DNA from: Scyliorhinus canicula
Taxonomy: Eukaryota
DNA: 64,000 bases
Assembly (NCBI RefSeq): GCF_902713615.1
Contig: NC_052153.1
Location: 135,821,879-135,885,878 of the forward strand
Direction of reading: 5' to 3'
Part shown: one piece after another, positions 1 to 12,879 of the stretch
Numbering within the stretch: position 1 is the first letter of the stretch
How the letters are laid out: the number at the start of each line of letters is the position of its first letter
The notes under the pieces: generated by a model
The model's database searches: none
Told to the model about the DNA's origin: nothing
What the model saw: the letters and a program-made list of their open reading frames with translations, nothing else
Made by a program: the position numbers and the translations under genes

Positions 1-225
1 ACTCAATAAAAAATCTGGTGATGACCATGAAACCATTGCTGATTGTTGTAATAACCCATCTAGTTTTTTAATACCCTTTAGGGAAGGAAATCTGTTATCC
101 TTACTTGGCCTGGCCTATATGCGACTCCAGACCTACAGCAATGTGGTTGACTCGTAACTGGGGCAATTAGGGATGGGCCATAAATGCTGGCACAGCCTGC
201 GATGTCCACGTACCATGAACGCATA
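1..225 (+). mobile_element. SINE fragment with a SlmI/Meta-SINE-like central domain
   Basis: Contains ...catgaaaccattg...ggaaggaaatctg...ctggcctatatgcgactccagac...ggcaattagggatggg...; same family as 39612-39995. The family name is from recall. Confidence 0.6.
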
Positions 226-1285
226 GGACACAAAGAGCCAAATGGCCTCCAGCTACGTTGTAAACTTTTTATGATGAACTTTAATCTGGCAGGAACTGGA
301 TATCTGCACATGAAACAGGTTAACGAGGGAAAAAATAGCTTTGTGCAGGGAAGCAGGCAGAACTCACCACCTTTCACATTAAACTGGCATGTGTCCATCA
401 GCATGCGGGAAACCTCCTTTGGGACAGGCGGGTCCGCTATTAACATACATTAAAGAACAATCAAGTGCAGTTCTAATCCAGTCAGTATACTGGTTTCCTG
501 GGCTTCAGGAAACTCGTCATGTTGAACAAAGAGAGAGGATATAGTGAGGATTGATGTGACGGTACAATTGGAAAGCAAGAGAAGCTTTAAATAGCGAGAC
601 ATGACAGCTGCTTCTTTACTAAAATGAAGGGGCTGAAATTTCCTGTCCTGATTCAGAGGGGAATGGAAGAAGGACAGCAAAAAATAATTGTGCCAATGGC
701 CCGTGTGTAGTTCTGCTGACTCTATTCCTGACTCTGCTGACATTTCCAAGAACAGGTCAAGAGTCTGGAGGTGGGGGTGGTAGGAGGGGCTGGTGGGATG
801 GTGTGCAGTAAAAGAAAGTAACCTGCCTCCTTTATTGGCTGCAGAGGTGCAGATGATCAATAAGAGTTTGCCATTTGACTTCCCAAGCTGTTCTCAGGGG
901 CAGGCAGCCAATAAGAGTTCTGTGGAACTCACCAGCTCCAGCCTTGTGGGAACAGAGATGGCAATGCTGAAACTGTTTTAGTTGCTGGAAAAAAAACTAC
1001 TGAGCAGCGGTTAAATTTTAACCGATTATAAAGAACTCCCTACTTTATATAGCTTATATAGCTCGAAAAGTAAAACATGATCTATATGTAGAAAATCAAT
1101 TGTCCCATGACCAAACATCTTGACCAAATATGTACAAGGATTACATATATCTTCCTGGTAGACTGTTCAACCATTTACGATGATGGTCTTTCACCGTCAC
1201 CTTCTGGTTCAACTTCAAGGCTTCTTTCTCTCATTCTATCCCTATCATGACCCTATTTGCCTGGAATGTTGTTCTTCTTCTGACT

Positions 1286-1615
1286 GCGGCACAGCAGCAC
1301 AGTGGATAGCTCTGTTGCTTCACAGCGCCAGAGACCCGGGTTTGATTCCCGGCTTGGGTCACTGCTTGTGCGGAGTCTGCACGTTCTCCCCATATCTGCG
1401 TGGGTTTCCTTCGGGCCCTCCGGTTTCCTCCCACAGTCCAAAGATGTGCGGGTTAGGTCGATTAATCATGCTAAATTGCCCTGTTGTGACCAAAGGTTAG
1501 GTGGAGTTGCTGGGTTACAGGGATAGGGTGGAAGTATGGGTTCAGGTAGGGTACCCTTTGAGGGGCTGGTGGGCCGAATGACCTCTTTCTGCACTGTAAA
1601 TTGTATGATTTTATG
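1286..1615 (+). mobile_element. HE1/V-SINE-type tRNA-derived SINE, CR1-type tail
   Basis: tRNA-like head with A/B boxes, the central gtctgcacgttctcccc...gggtttcct...cccacagtccaaagatgtg domain, and a ggccgaatg...ctgcactgt tail. Confidence 0.85.
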
Positions 1616-1705
1616 CTAAATGTGGCTTCAGCAATGAAAACTATGTTCTGGGCTGTCTTCTAACAAACAATTCAGCTGGTGTTCTGCTGGCAGATGAGGT
1701 GTGTT

Positions 1706-1917
1706 TTGTTAAATAAGTTTGGAGTACCCAATTAAGGGGCAATTTAGCATGGCCAATCCACCTAATCTGCACAGCTTTGGGTTGTGGGGGGTGAACCCCA
1801 TGCAGTCACGAGGAGAATTTGCAAACTCCACACGGATAGTGCCCCAGGGCTGGGATTCGAACCCAAGTCCTCAGCACTGTAGGCAGCAGTGCTAACCATT
1901 GTTCCACATGCCACCCC
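1706..1917 (-). mobile_element. Short V-SINE variant with A-rich tail and 11-bp TSD
   Basis: Tail ...ccccttaattgggtactcc; TSD tgaggtgtgtt (1695-1705) / tgtggtgtgtt (1921-1931). Confidence 0.8.
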
Positions 1918-2049
1918 GTCTGTGGTGTGTTATGACAAATAATTTTCCAGTTTGTAATTTAATGACAATTTACATTTCGTCCAATCTGTATTTAGCATTT
2001 GTTGAACAATACCATGTTTAATCATTTGTATGCTGTGCGCTCTGCTACT

Positions 2050-3510
2050 GCATTTGAAGAAGGATGATGAGGTGGAACTCTCATATGTTTTACCTCATTC
2101 ATTTGAATGATTTTGTCCTGGACACTTAATTGACTTTTCCACTTCATCAGATATGTCTGTCTGACTCTGACTTAGAAATGAACTGATTTCAGGCACAACT
2201 TGTGCTGGAGTAGCTTCTGGTGCTCTCCTCATAGCCCAAATTTCCAATTCACCAAACTTCTCAGATCTACACCATATGGATTGCAATAGTTCAAGAAGGC
2301 AGTTCACCACCGCATTTCCAAGGGCAACTAGAGATGGATGGTTTACCAACTGTTCTGAACAAAACTGAGGTCCGTTGTCAGACACAGTTTCCTATGGAAA
2401 CCAATAAACAGCAAACAAACTACAATGAGTTTTGCTCATTGTTGTTTGAATCATTGGAAACCTCTTAACCCACTTTAAGTGGCTATCTAACTGAAGAACT
2501 GTTGCCCTTCATATTCTGTAAAATCTATATGCAGCCTCTTCCGCACTCTAATTGGCCATTTCCATGCATGATCAATAGTACTGATTACAGCTGCTTTCCA
2601 ATTCTTGTTTCACATGGTGGCACAGTGGTTATCACTGCTGCCTCACAACACCAGAGACCTGGGTTCGATTCTGACCCTAGGTGACTTTCTATGTGGAGAT
2701 TGTACCTTCTCCCAATGTCTGCATGGGTTTCTTTTGGGTGTTCCGGTTTCATCCCACAGTCCAAAGATATGCAGGTTAGGTGGATTGGCCATGCTAAGTT
2801 GCCCCTTCCTTAGTGTCCAATGTTAGGTGGGTTAGGTGGGGTTACAGGGATGGAGCAGGGGAGGTAGCCTCCACAACTAAACTCGTTATCCAGTTCATCT
2901 CTGAGTGGATTAGATGAGGTCTGCAGACCCAAACATTGGCTTTGCATTAAATGGTTGGTGGTTTCACTAAATAGTGAGGCTACTTGTCTATCACATCATT
3001 TTGCAATGTAAATTTTGCTTCGACAAAAGAGAATACGTTCCAATTTAATTTAAATGCTGCAAACCAGTTTCTTCCCAATATGGCTAGTTTTTCATCATTC
3101 ATCACAATGATGAGAAAGTTTGCACAATGCTCATTGTATTGGAGGGGGACCGACACATTTCCAATTATAGGGATTTTCTCTCATACATAACTTTGTAACG
3201 CTATGCATGATTTCTCCAGCTGATGTCTACTCACTAGATAGTGATTTGAGATCACTGATATCCCCATATCGACCTCAATGTTTACTGGAGATCCATCCAA
3301 TGCTTCTGGACCATGATACCCTCTGAATTTCTGCAGGACATCCTTGTGCTTTGAATCATTTTGATCTCAGTTGACCCTATCATCAACTTGCTGCTGTGCG
3401 ACAACCAAATCCTGTGACTGTCATTTCCTCCAGTTTGGGTTTTACTCATTTACATTCTTCTGATATGGCTTAGCAAGATGACTCTTCTTCTTGCAGCTGT
3501 AACACTTTGC
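2050..3510 (-). mobile_element. Degraded Gypsy LTR-retrotransposon internal region (protease, integrase)
   Basis: Minus-strand remnants WKWPIRVRKRLHIDF... and TVSDNGPQFCSE (integrase core) near 2350-2570, plus a protease-like LDGSPVNIEVDMG near 3260-3300. Interrupted by a SINE. Confidence 0.7.
2613..2870 (+). mobile_element. HE1/V-SINE copy
   Basis: Same head and central domain as 1286-1615. Confidence 0.8.
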
Positions 3511-3518
3511 TTTCAGAA

Positions 3519-4140
3519 ATAATAATAATCTTTATTGTCACAAGTAGGCTTACAACTTCACCAATGAAGTTACTGTGAAAATCCCCTAGTCGCCACACTC
3601 CGGCTCCTGTTCGGGTACACAGAGGGAAAATTCAGAATGTCCAAATGACCTAACTGCACGTCTTTCAGGACGTGTGGGAGGAAACCGGCGCACCCAGAGG
3701 AAACCCACGCACACACAGGGAGAACGTGCAGACTCCGCACAGTGACCCAAACCGGGAATCGAACCTGGGACCCTGGAACTGTGAACATAGAACATAGAGT
3801 GCTGAAGGAGGCCATTCGGCCCATCGAGTCTGCACCAACCCATTTAAGCCTTCACTTCCACCCGATCCCTGTAACCCAATAACCCCTCCTAACCTTTTTG
3901 GACACTAAGGGCAATTTAGCTTGACCAATCCACCTAACCTGCACGTCTTTAGACTGTGGGAGGAAAACTGGACCACCCGGAGGAAACCCACGCAGTCACA
4001 GGAAGAACGTGCAGACTCCACACAGTCAGTGACCCAACAGGAAACCAAACCTGCGATCCTGGCGCTGTGAAGCCACAGAGCTAGCCACTTGTGCTACCAT
4101 GCTGCCCACAACAGTGAGGCAGTGAAGCAACAGTGCTACC
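3519..4140 (-). mobile_element. Nested SINEs: V-SINE with gtggcgactagg...gtgacaataa tail, interrupted by an HE1-type copy (3785-4107)
   Basis: The outer head breaks at ...ctgtgaa (3785) and resumes gtgaagcaacagtgcta at about 4122. The inner copy has the CR1-type tail. Confidence 0.8.
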
Positions 4141-5006
4141 CCAAATTGACAATTCTGTGCTTGATGTGCACTTTTTAAGTGCACCTGCGACTACTAACTG
4201 CCTTCTTTTTGATCTTAGACCTACTCAGCTGTCGCCTATTTACTTCAACAGATGACTAGCTGTTGTCAAGTATAACTTATCTCAAGTAACATTCCAACAT
4301 GTCTTTGGACACTGCTATTTAGCAAGCCACTTACTCCTGACACTTTTCAGGATTACTCCCCATGCCACATGCTAGTGAGGCTAGGAACAGAGAGATACTA
4401 CAGCTGAACATGTGGCCGAGGAGCTGGTGTAGGGATGAAGGTTTTAGATATTTCAGATATGCAGATAATTGGGATGTCTTCTGGGGAAGATAGGACCTGT
4501 ACAAGAAGGACGGGTTGCACCTGAACTGGAGGGGTACCAATTATAATGGCCGGGAGGTTGGCTAATGATGTTAGGGAGTGTTTAAACTAGTGTGGCAGAG
4601 GACTGGGAACCAGAGCAGCAGGCAAGTAAGTGTGGAGACAGGGGAAGAGCTTGAAACTAAGACAAAGAGGGGGAGTAGGCAGGGGAGGTCGCTGAACTCA
4701 GCGGGTCTGGAGTGCGTTTGCTTCAACGCAAAAGGTATAACAGGTAAGACAGATGAACTTAGAGCCTAGATAAATGTGGGGAATTATGATATTGTTGCTA
4801 TTACAGTACAGAGACATGGTTAAAGGAGGGACAGGACTGGCAGCTTAACTTTCCGGGATATCAATGTTTTAGACGAGACAGAGGGGATAGCGGAAGGGGT
4901 GGTGGGGTTGCATTACTGGTTGGGGAACACCTCACAGCTGTGATAAGGGAGGACATCTTGGAGGGATCCTGCAATGAGGCATTTTGGGTAGAGCCCACAA
5001 ATAGGA

Positions 5007-5353
5007 ATCATAGAATCATAGAATTTACAGTGCAGAAGGAGGTCATTTAGCCCATCGAGTCTGCACTGGCTCTCGGAAAGAGCATCCTACCCAAGCCCAC
5101 CCTATCCCCATAATCCAGTCATAACCCAGTAACCCCAAACCCTAAGAGCAATTTTGAACACTAAGGGCAATTTATCATGGCCAATCCACCTAACCTGCAC
5201 ATCTTTGGACTGTGAGAGGAAACCGGAGCACCCGGAGGAAACCCACACGCACACGCGGCGAACGTGCAGACTCCACACAGAGTGACCCAAGCTGGGAATT
5301 GAACCTGGGACCCTGGAGCTGTGAAACAATTGTGCTCACCACTATTCTACCAT
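5007..5353 (-). mobile_element. HE1/V-SINE inserted in CR1
   Basis: (catagaat)n tail; short aggaa duplication at the flanks. Confidence 0.85.
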
Positions 5354-5432
5354 CAGGAAGAGTGCAATCACAATGTTGGGGTTGTACTATAGGCCTCCCA
5401 ATAGCCAGTGGGATACAGAGGAACAGATATTT

Positions 5433-5785
5433 GGGGGCAGCATGGTGGCATAGTGGTTAGCATAAATGCTTCACAGCTCCAGGGTCCCAGGTTCGATTCC
5501 CGGCTGGGTCACTGTCTGTGCGGAGTCTGCATGTCCTCCCCGTGTGTGCGTGGGTTTTCTCCGGGTCCTCCGGTTTCCTCCCACAGTCCAAAGATGTGCG
5601 GGTTAGGTGGATTGGCCATGATAAATTGCCCGTAGTGTCCTAAAAAGTAAGGGGAAGGGGGAAGGGGGGGGGAGTTGTTGGGTTACGGGTATAGGGTGGA
5701 TACGTGGGTTTGAGTAGGGTGATCATTGCTTGGCACAACATCGAGGGCTGAAGGGCCTGTTCTGTGCTGTACTGTCTATATGTGT
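5433..5785 (+). mobile_element. HE1/V-SINE inserted in CR1
   Basis: Full head, V domain and CR1-type tail. Confidence 0.85.
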
Positions 5786-6066
5786 AATATGTAGTCAGAT
5801 TCTGGAAAGCTGTGAAAATAGCAGGGCTGTCGTGGTGGATGATTTTAATTTCCCCCATATTGACTGGGGCTCCCTTAGTGCCAGAGGTTTGGATGGAGTG
5901 AAAGTTGTTAGGTGTGTCCAAGAGGGTTTTTTGAAATATATGTTGATCTTCCAACCAGCGAGAGGGCCTTAATGGGTCTGGTATTGGGGAATGAACCTGG
6001 TCAGGTGACCAAAGTTTCTGTAAGGGAACATTTTGGGAATAGTGATCATAATTCCATACATTTTCA

Positions 6067-6276
6067 GGGCAGCAGGTGGCACAGTGGTTAGCACTGCAGC
6101 CTACGGCGCTTAGCACCCGGGTTCGAATCCCAGCCCTGGGTCACTGTCCATGTGGTGTTTGCACATTCTCCCGATGTCTATGTGGGGGAAAGATGTGCAT
6201 GGTAGGTGGATTGGCCATGTTAAATTGCCCCTTAATTGGAAAAAATAATTGGGTACTCCAAATTTGAAAAAAAAAA
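6067..6276 (+). mobile_element. Short poly(A)-tailed V-SINE with 18-bp TSD
   Basis: TSD taattccatacattttca (6049-6066) / tagttccatagattttca (6277-6294); A10 tail. Confidence 0.88.
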
Positions 6277-6964
6277 TAGTTCCATAGATTTTCAAATACT
6301 CATGCATAAAAAAAAGAGTGATCCTCCACTGTGGGTGCTAAATTGAGGGAAAGCTAACGACAACAAATTCAACAAGATCTGGAGGATGTGGATTTGGAGT
6401 GGCTGCTTGAGGGTAAATCCACATTTGCTATGTGAGGAATCTTTTAAAGACCAATCAATTAGAGTGCAGGACAGGCAAGTCCCTGTGAAAATCAAGCACA
6501 GAAATGGCAGGATTAAGGAACCACGGATGACAGGTAAAATTGTGAGATTAGTCAAAAAGAAAAAGAAAGCCTACATAAGGTCTAAAAACTAAAAAACAGA
6601 CAAAACTTTTGAAGAATATAGGAAAGGTAGGGGCAAACTCTATGGAGGGCGAAAAGGGGCCATGAAATGTCATTGGCAGGCAGGGGCAAGGAAAATCCCA
6701 AGGCATTTTCTACATATATAAGGAGCAAGAGGGGAGAAAGGGAAAGAATAGGCCCACTCAAGGACATGCGTAGAGTCAGCAGAAGTGGGTGAGATCCTTA
6801 ATGAGTACTTTGCATTGGTATTCACCAAGGAGAGGAACTTGACAGATGTTGAGGTTCGGGATGGGTGTGTGAATACTCTCGGACATGTCCGCATAATGAA
6901 GGAGGAAGTGTTGGATAACTTAAAATGCATTAAGATAGACAAGTACTCTGGGCCGGATAGGATA

Positions 6965-7640
6965 TCATAGACTCCCATCGAGTCTGCACCAACCCTCTGA
7001 AAGAGCCCCACCTTATCCCCGTAACCCAGGAACCCCACCTAACCTTTTGGATACTGCGGGCAATTTAGCATGGCCAATCCATCTAAACTGCACATCGCTG
7101 AACTGTGGGAGGAAACCAGAGCACCCAGAGGAAACCCACACAGACACGGGGAGAAAGCGCAAACTCCACACAATCACTCGAGGCCGGAATTGAACCTGGG
7201 TCCCTGGCCCTATGAGACAGCAGTGCTAACCACTGTGCCACCGTGTTGCCCATATAACAAAGAACAAAGATAAGTACAGCACAGGAACAGGACTGTCAGC
7301 CCACCAAGCCTGCGCTGACCATGCTGCCCGTCTAAACTAAAATCTTCTACACTTCAGGGGTCCGTATCCCTCTATTCCCATCCTATTCATGTATTTGTCA
7401 AGATGCCCTTGAAACGTCACCATCGTCCCTTCTTCCACCGGCAGCGAGTTCCAGGTACCAACTACCCTCTGTGTAAATAAAAAAACTTGCCTCGTACCTC
7501 ATCTCCAAACATTGCTCCTCGCATCTTAAACCTATGCCCCCGAGTAATTGACCCTTCTACCCTGGGAAAAAGTCTCCGATTATCCACTGTCTATGCCCCT
7601 CATAATTTTGTGGACCTCTATCAGGTCGCCCCTCAACCTC
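6965..7640 (-). mobile_element. HE1 SINE (6965-7250) plus antisense CR1 3' fragment (about 7250-7640) inside the CR1
   Basis: A SINE reverse complement followed by a reverse-complement CR1 3' end (agaacaaaga...acagcacaggaacagg). Confidence 0.75.
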
Positions 7641-9583
7641 CCAAGTTATATCCCAAGATACTGTGGAGGCAAGAGAGCAAATACCTGGGACCTCAACAGA
7701 TATCTTTGCATCATTTGTGTCCACAAGCGAGGTTCCAGAGGACTGGAGAATAGCCAATGATATCCCTTTGTTTAAGAAGAGAAACAGGGATAATCCAGGT
7801 AATTATAGGCCAGTGAGCCTGAAGTTAGTGGTGGGGAAGCTGTTGGAGAAGATATTGAAGGACAGGATTTATTTACATTTGGAAGTAAACTGATTTGTTA
7901 GTGATAAGTAATGTGGTTTTGTGCAGTGAAGGTCATGTTTTACCAATTTGATAGAGTTTTCTGAGGAGGTGACAAAATTACTTGATGAGGGAAAGGCTGT
8001 GGATATTGTCTACATGGACTTTAGTAAGACATTTGACAAGGTCCCTCATGGCAGACTGGTACAAAAGGTAAAGGTAAAGTCGCTTGAGATTCGGGGTGTG
8101 CTAACTAGATGGATAAAGAACTGGCTTGGCAACAGGAGACAGAGAGTGCAGTGGAAGGGAGTTTTTTGAAATGGAGATTGGTAACTACTGTGTTTCACAG
8201 GGATCAGTGCTCGGATCACTGTTGGTTGTAATATATATAAATGATCTAGAGGAAAATGTAGATGGTCTGATTAGCAAGTTTGCAGATGAAACTAATATAG
8301 GTGGAATTTCTGATCGTGAAGGGGATTGTCAGATAATACAGCAGATTGTAGATAGATTGGAGAGTCAGGCAGAGAAATGGCAAATGGAGTTCAATCCGGA
8401 CAAATGTGAGGTGGTGCATGGAAGATCAAATTCAGGTGTGAATTATACAGTAAATGGTAGAACCCTTAGGAGCATTGACATACAGAGGGATCTGGGCAGT
8501 TAGGTTCCATGAAAGTGGCAACACAGGTGGATAAGGTGGTCAAGAAGGCATGCGCATGCTTGCCTTCATCGACCGGGGCCTTGAGTACAAGAGTAGACAG
8601 GTCATGTTACAGTTTTATAGAACTTCAGTTAGGCCACATTTGGAATATTGTGTGTAGTTCTGGTTGCCAAACTACCAGAAGGACATAGATGCCTTGTAGA
8701 GAGTGCAAAGGAGGTTTACCAGGATAATGCCTGGTCTGGAGGGTGCAAGCTATGAGGAGAGGTTGAATAAACTCAGATTGTTTTTGCTGGAAAGAGCAGG
8801 TTGAAGTCTACGACAGGGTGAATAGTCAGAAGCTTTTTCCCAGGGTGGAAGACTCAATTACAAGGGGACACAGGTGAGAGGGGGAAAGTGCGGGGAAGTT
8901 TATTATGCAGAAGTTGGTGGGTGCCTGGAACGCATTGCCAGTGGAGGTGGTGGAGGCAGGCACAATAGCAATGTTTGATAGATGAACAGGCAGGGAATGG
9001 AGGGATGCGGATCATTTGGGCAATAAGTCGTGGGTCTAAATAAGAAATCTGGATCGGCGCAGGCTTGGTGGGCCAAAGGGCCTGTTCCTGTGTTGTAATG
9101 TTCTTTGTTCTTTTCAAATTACAGACTAATCTATCATGCAATGCTCTCACTTGAAATCCCACAAAATGCAATGAATGAGTATATTTTTCAAAGGAATAAT
9201 TAATTATCCACTGTCCTCACTGGAAACTTTGTCTTCCAGGTCTCAGCTGGGTAACCTATCTGGCTTTTCCCCCACCTCTGAATTCCTTCTGCCACCATCA
9301 AGATGGAGGCTGGTTGAGATTTTGACCTTAAGTGGCCACATAAGAGCCTCGATTTGAGTGAAGGAAGGCAGGCTGCCCTAGGCCTCGCCTACTCCCTTAA
9401 AATTGTGGACAGTTTAGGAGCAGGCAAGAGGGAGGAAGAAGGGACTTCCAGGGAATATAATGGCTCACACTGCCTATAAACCCACCAGCAGGGACCGTAA
9501 ACCTTTGTGAATGAATTTGAACTGACAAGGTGAGAGAATGCTCAGTCACCATTGTGCAGGACATTAGTTTTCACTGCCTTCAT

Positions 9584-10410
9584 ATAGAACATACAGTGCA
9601 GAAGGAGGCCATTCGGCCGATCAAGTCTGTCAACTAGCTGGCTCTTTCTTCATGCTTGAAGAATAATTCCATTTGGATACTCACGGGATCTCTTTAAATA
9701 GTGAATGTCAGCAGGCAGGTATAAGTCATGCACCAACCCACTTAAGCCCTCACTTCCACCATGTCCCCGTAACCCAATTGATGTGTTTGGTATGCTGGGT
9801 CTGCGAGGACTGCGTTTACTGAAGCAGTGAGAGAGACAGACTTCCAACACTTGAAGAAATGCAACTCTATTTTATTGAACTCTTAACTATTAAACATACT
9901 TTAACTATGGGCTGACACTATGCTGAGTTGACTGGAGACCTGAGGCTAATCTGACCAGACTATCTTACTACCACATGGTGGATGTTCGAGTTGTTGCTCA
10001 CAGGCTCTGACTGTCTCAGAGGCTGCATCCCAAGAGCGTGGGAAAACTAGCGCCCTCTGGCTTTTTAGTGGCCGTGTCCTGTCTGGTGATTAGCTGCTGT
10101 GTTCTGTGTGTTCATTGGTCATCCTGTGTGTTAATCAATGTCTGTCTGTGCACCATCATATACTTGTGTGTATATTATGACACCAATAACCTCTCCTAAC
10201 CTTTTTGGTCACTAAGGGCAATTTATCATGGCCAATTCACCTACCCTGCACGTCTTTGAACTGTGGGAGCAAACCGGAGCACCCGGAGGAAACCCACGCA
10301 GGCACGGGGAGAACGTGCAGACTCCGCACAGACAGTGACCCAGCAGGGATGCGAACCTGGGACCCTGGCGCTGTGAAGCCCCAGTGCTTCCACTTGTGCT
10401 ACCATGTTGT
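9584..10410 (-). mobile_element. HE1/V-SINE interrupted by a 105-bp templated insert and a solo LTR
   Basis: The SINE pieces 9584-9629, 9731-9778 and 10183-10410 are colinear with the intact copy at 3785-4107. Confidence 0.85.
9779..10182 (-). mobile_element. Solo LTR (404 bp)
   Basis: TG...CA termini; 5-bp TSD ccaat at 9774-9778 and 10183-10187; AATAAA on the minus strand. Confidence 0.85.
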
Positions 10411-10719
10411 ACTATGACTGCAATATGACTGAGTCCTGGTCCTAACTCAACACACTTGTACAATACCTAATTCTGTCTCCAGGTAGCTGGCTTTTACCCA
10501 TCACTCCAGTTCCAATGGCTCTGCATGTCAAGATCCTGTCTGTCCCCACTTCATTCTTCTTCACAGCTGCCAGGCTTACAGTGGTTGGAGAGCCCAGCAA
10601 CCCTTACCAAAAATCCCAGTTCTCTGTCTCTCCTTGGAGTTTGGTGCTGTCTTTGTTTGCAATTAGAGAAAGAATAGAACAGTTCGCTTGACCTCTGTGG
10701 TGGGGATGTTGCTGGAATC

Positions 10720-12330
10720 AAACATTTAAGGAGGAGGTAACTGAACATTTGGAAAGACAAAGTTCAATCCACCATTGTCAGCATAGTTTTATGAAGGGTA
10801 AGTCATGCTTGACAAACTTGCTTGAGTTCTTTGAGGATGTAACCAGGAAGGTGGATAATGGGGAACATGTGGATGTGGTATATCTAGACTTCCAGAAGTT
10901 ATTTGGCAAGGTGTAAAAGAATTATCCAGAAGGTAAGATCACAGGAGATTGGGGGTAGAGTACTAGACTGGATTGAAGATTGGCTGACAGACAGAAAGCA
11001 GAGGGTCAGGATAACTGAGTCCTCCTCTGGCTGGTGAACTGTGTGGTGCTGCAGGGTTCAGTCCTCTGACCTCAACTGTTTACAATCTATATAAATGATC
11101 TGCAAGCAGAGGTGGAATGTAACATCGCAAAATTTGTACCTGGTACTAAAATAGGTGGGAAAGCTGGCAGTGAAAAGGAGGTGAAGATTTTATGTATGGA
11201 CATTGATAGGCTAGGAGATTGGGCCAAAGTTTGGCAGATAGAGTTTAATTTTTTTTAAATGTTTTTTTATTGCGTTTTTTATATATGGTATATTTGCAGA
11301 TGTACACATAGAGAAACCAAAAAGAAATAACAAAACACTATATAACTAAAAAACCAAGGAGTGGGAAAATAAAAACTGGGGAAATGTATGTACATAGAAG
11401 CAATGGAGAGACAATTACGTTATACATGTCATTGTCATGGGGGGGGGGGGGGGGGGGGCTTTCTCCCCCCTTCTTTTCTGTTTTTTTCAATAAAATACAT
11501 ACAGACAGATGGAGTTTAATATGGATAAGTGTGAGGGTATCCATCTTTGCCGAAAAAATAGAAAGGCAAATTATTATCTAAATGGAAAGCAGATTCAAAA
11601 TGCATCTGCGCAGATAAATCTGGATGTCTTTGTTCATGAATCGCAGAAAGCCGGTATGCAGATACAGCATGCAATAAAAAAGGCAAAATTAAATGTTAGT
11701 GTTTATCATAAAAGGACTGGAGTATAAAAGTAGAGAAGTGTTGTTGTAACTGAATAGTTTTGGTGAGACCACATTTGGAGTATTGTGTCCAGTTTTGGAC
11801 TCTTTCTTTGAGGAAGGATGTGGTGGCCTTGGAGGCAGTTCAGAGGTGGTTCACCAGATTGATTCCGGGATGAAAGTGTTGACGTATGAGGAGAGATTAA
11901 ACAGTTTGTGCTTAAACTCGTTGGAGATTAGAATGATGAGAGGGGAGCTAATCGAGGTATGTAAAATGCTAAAATGGATTGATAAAGTAAACGTAGACCA
12001 AATGTTCCCCCTTGTGAGGCAATCTAGAATGAGAGGTCACAGATATAGGCTGAGAGGTGGTAGATTTGGAACAGAGATGAGGAGGAACTATTTCTAGCAG
12101 AGGGTGTGAATTTGTGGAACTCGTTGCCCCATAGTGCGGTGGATTCTGAGTCATTAAATGGTTTCAAGAAGGAGATAGATATATTTCTGAAAAAAATTGG
12201 GTTAAAGGGATGTGGGGAACAGGGAGGGAGGTGGATTTGAGACCAGGAAGAGATCAGCCATGATCTGATTGAATTGTGGAGAAGGCTTGAATTGCCTACT
12301 TCTGCTCCTAATTTCTATGTGCCTAAGAGA
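10720..12330 (+). mobile_element. CR1 LINE, 5'-truncated and decayed
   Basis: RT motifs KGKSCLTNLLEFFEDV...VDVVYLDFQK, WQMEFN.DKCE, and a 3' end. Confidence 0.9.
11250..11505 (-). mobile_element. Poly(A)-tailed retroposed fragment (L1-type 3' end) inside CR1
   Basis: T-rich left end; 15-bp TSD cagatagagtttaat (11235-11249) / cagatggagtttaat (11506-11520); poly-G tract at 11439-11458. Confidence 0.75.
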
Positions 12331-12419
12331 GTTATGAATATGAGAGTGGAATATGTTCAGAGGATGGAAGGGTCACTGTAAGGGATGGGTGTGATATGGT
12401 ACAATGATGAGGATAAGTG

Positions 12420-12878
12420 TCAGCTATGAAGAGAGGTTGGTTAGGAAGGATTGTTTTTCTTTGAGCAGAGAAGGCTGAGGAGGGACCAGATTTAGGTGCA
12501 CAAAATTATGAGGGATATAAATCGGGTAGATAAGGCAAACCTTTTCCTGTTAATAGAGGGACCAATAACCAGGGGGCATAGATTTAAGGTAAGGGGCAGT
12601 GATTTAGAGGGAAGTTGAGGAAAAACCTTCTCACTCAGAGGGTTGTGGGAATCTGGAATTCTGGCCTAAAAGTGGTAGGAGCTCTCAATTATTATTATTA
12701 TTATTATAATATTCGAGAAACATTTAGATGAGCACTTGAAATGCCATTGCATACAAGGCTATGGACCAAGTGCTGGTTAATGCGATTCGCATTAGCATAG
12801 ATACGTGCTTGATGGCTAGCACTGATGTGATGGGCCGAAGGGCCTCTTTCTGTGCTGTGAAGCTGTATGACTCTATGG
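12420..12878 (+). mobile_element. CR1 3' fragment
   Basis: SYEERL...EQRRLR.D motif and CR1 tail; (ATT)n at about 12687-12710. Confidence 0.8.
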
Positions 12879-12879
12879 T

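Larger units (their letters stand above)
4345..9110 (+). mobile_element. CR1 (HER1-like) LINE, near full ORF2 plus end of ORF1, decayed, with nested SINEs
   Basis: ORF1 esterase-like end (DLYKKDGLHLNW); endonuclease (CVCFNAKGITGK...IVAIT, DFNFPHIDW); RT (PEDWRIAN...NYRPVSL, YMDFSKTFDKVPH, QGSVLG, SKFADET); CR1 3' tail. Many stops and frameshifts. Confidence 0.92.

Noticed and set aside
368-436. 69-nt symmetric exon-like unit on the minus strand (DPPVPKEVSRMLMDTCQFNVKG)
   Set aside because: No recognisable protein or partner exon; the context resembles old MITE sequence.
5433-5510. tRNA-like sequences with A and B boxes (many copies)
   Set aside because: These are SINE heads that continue into V domains, not tRNA genes.
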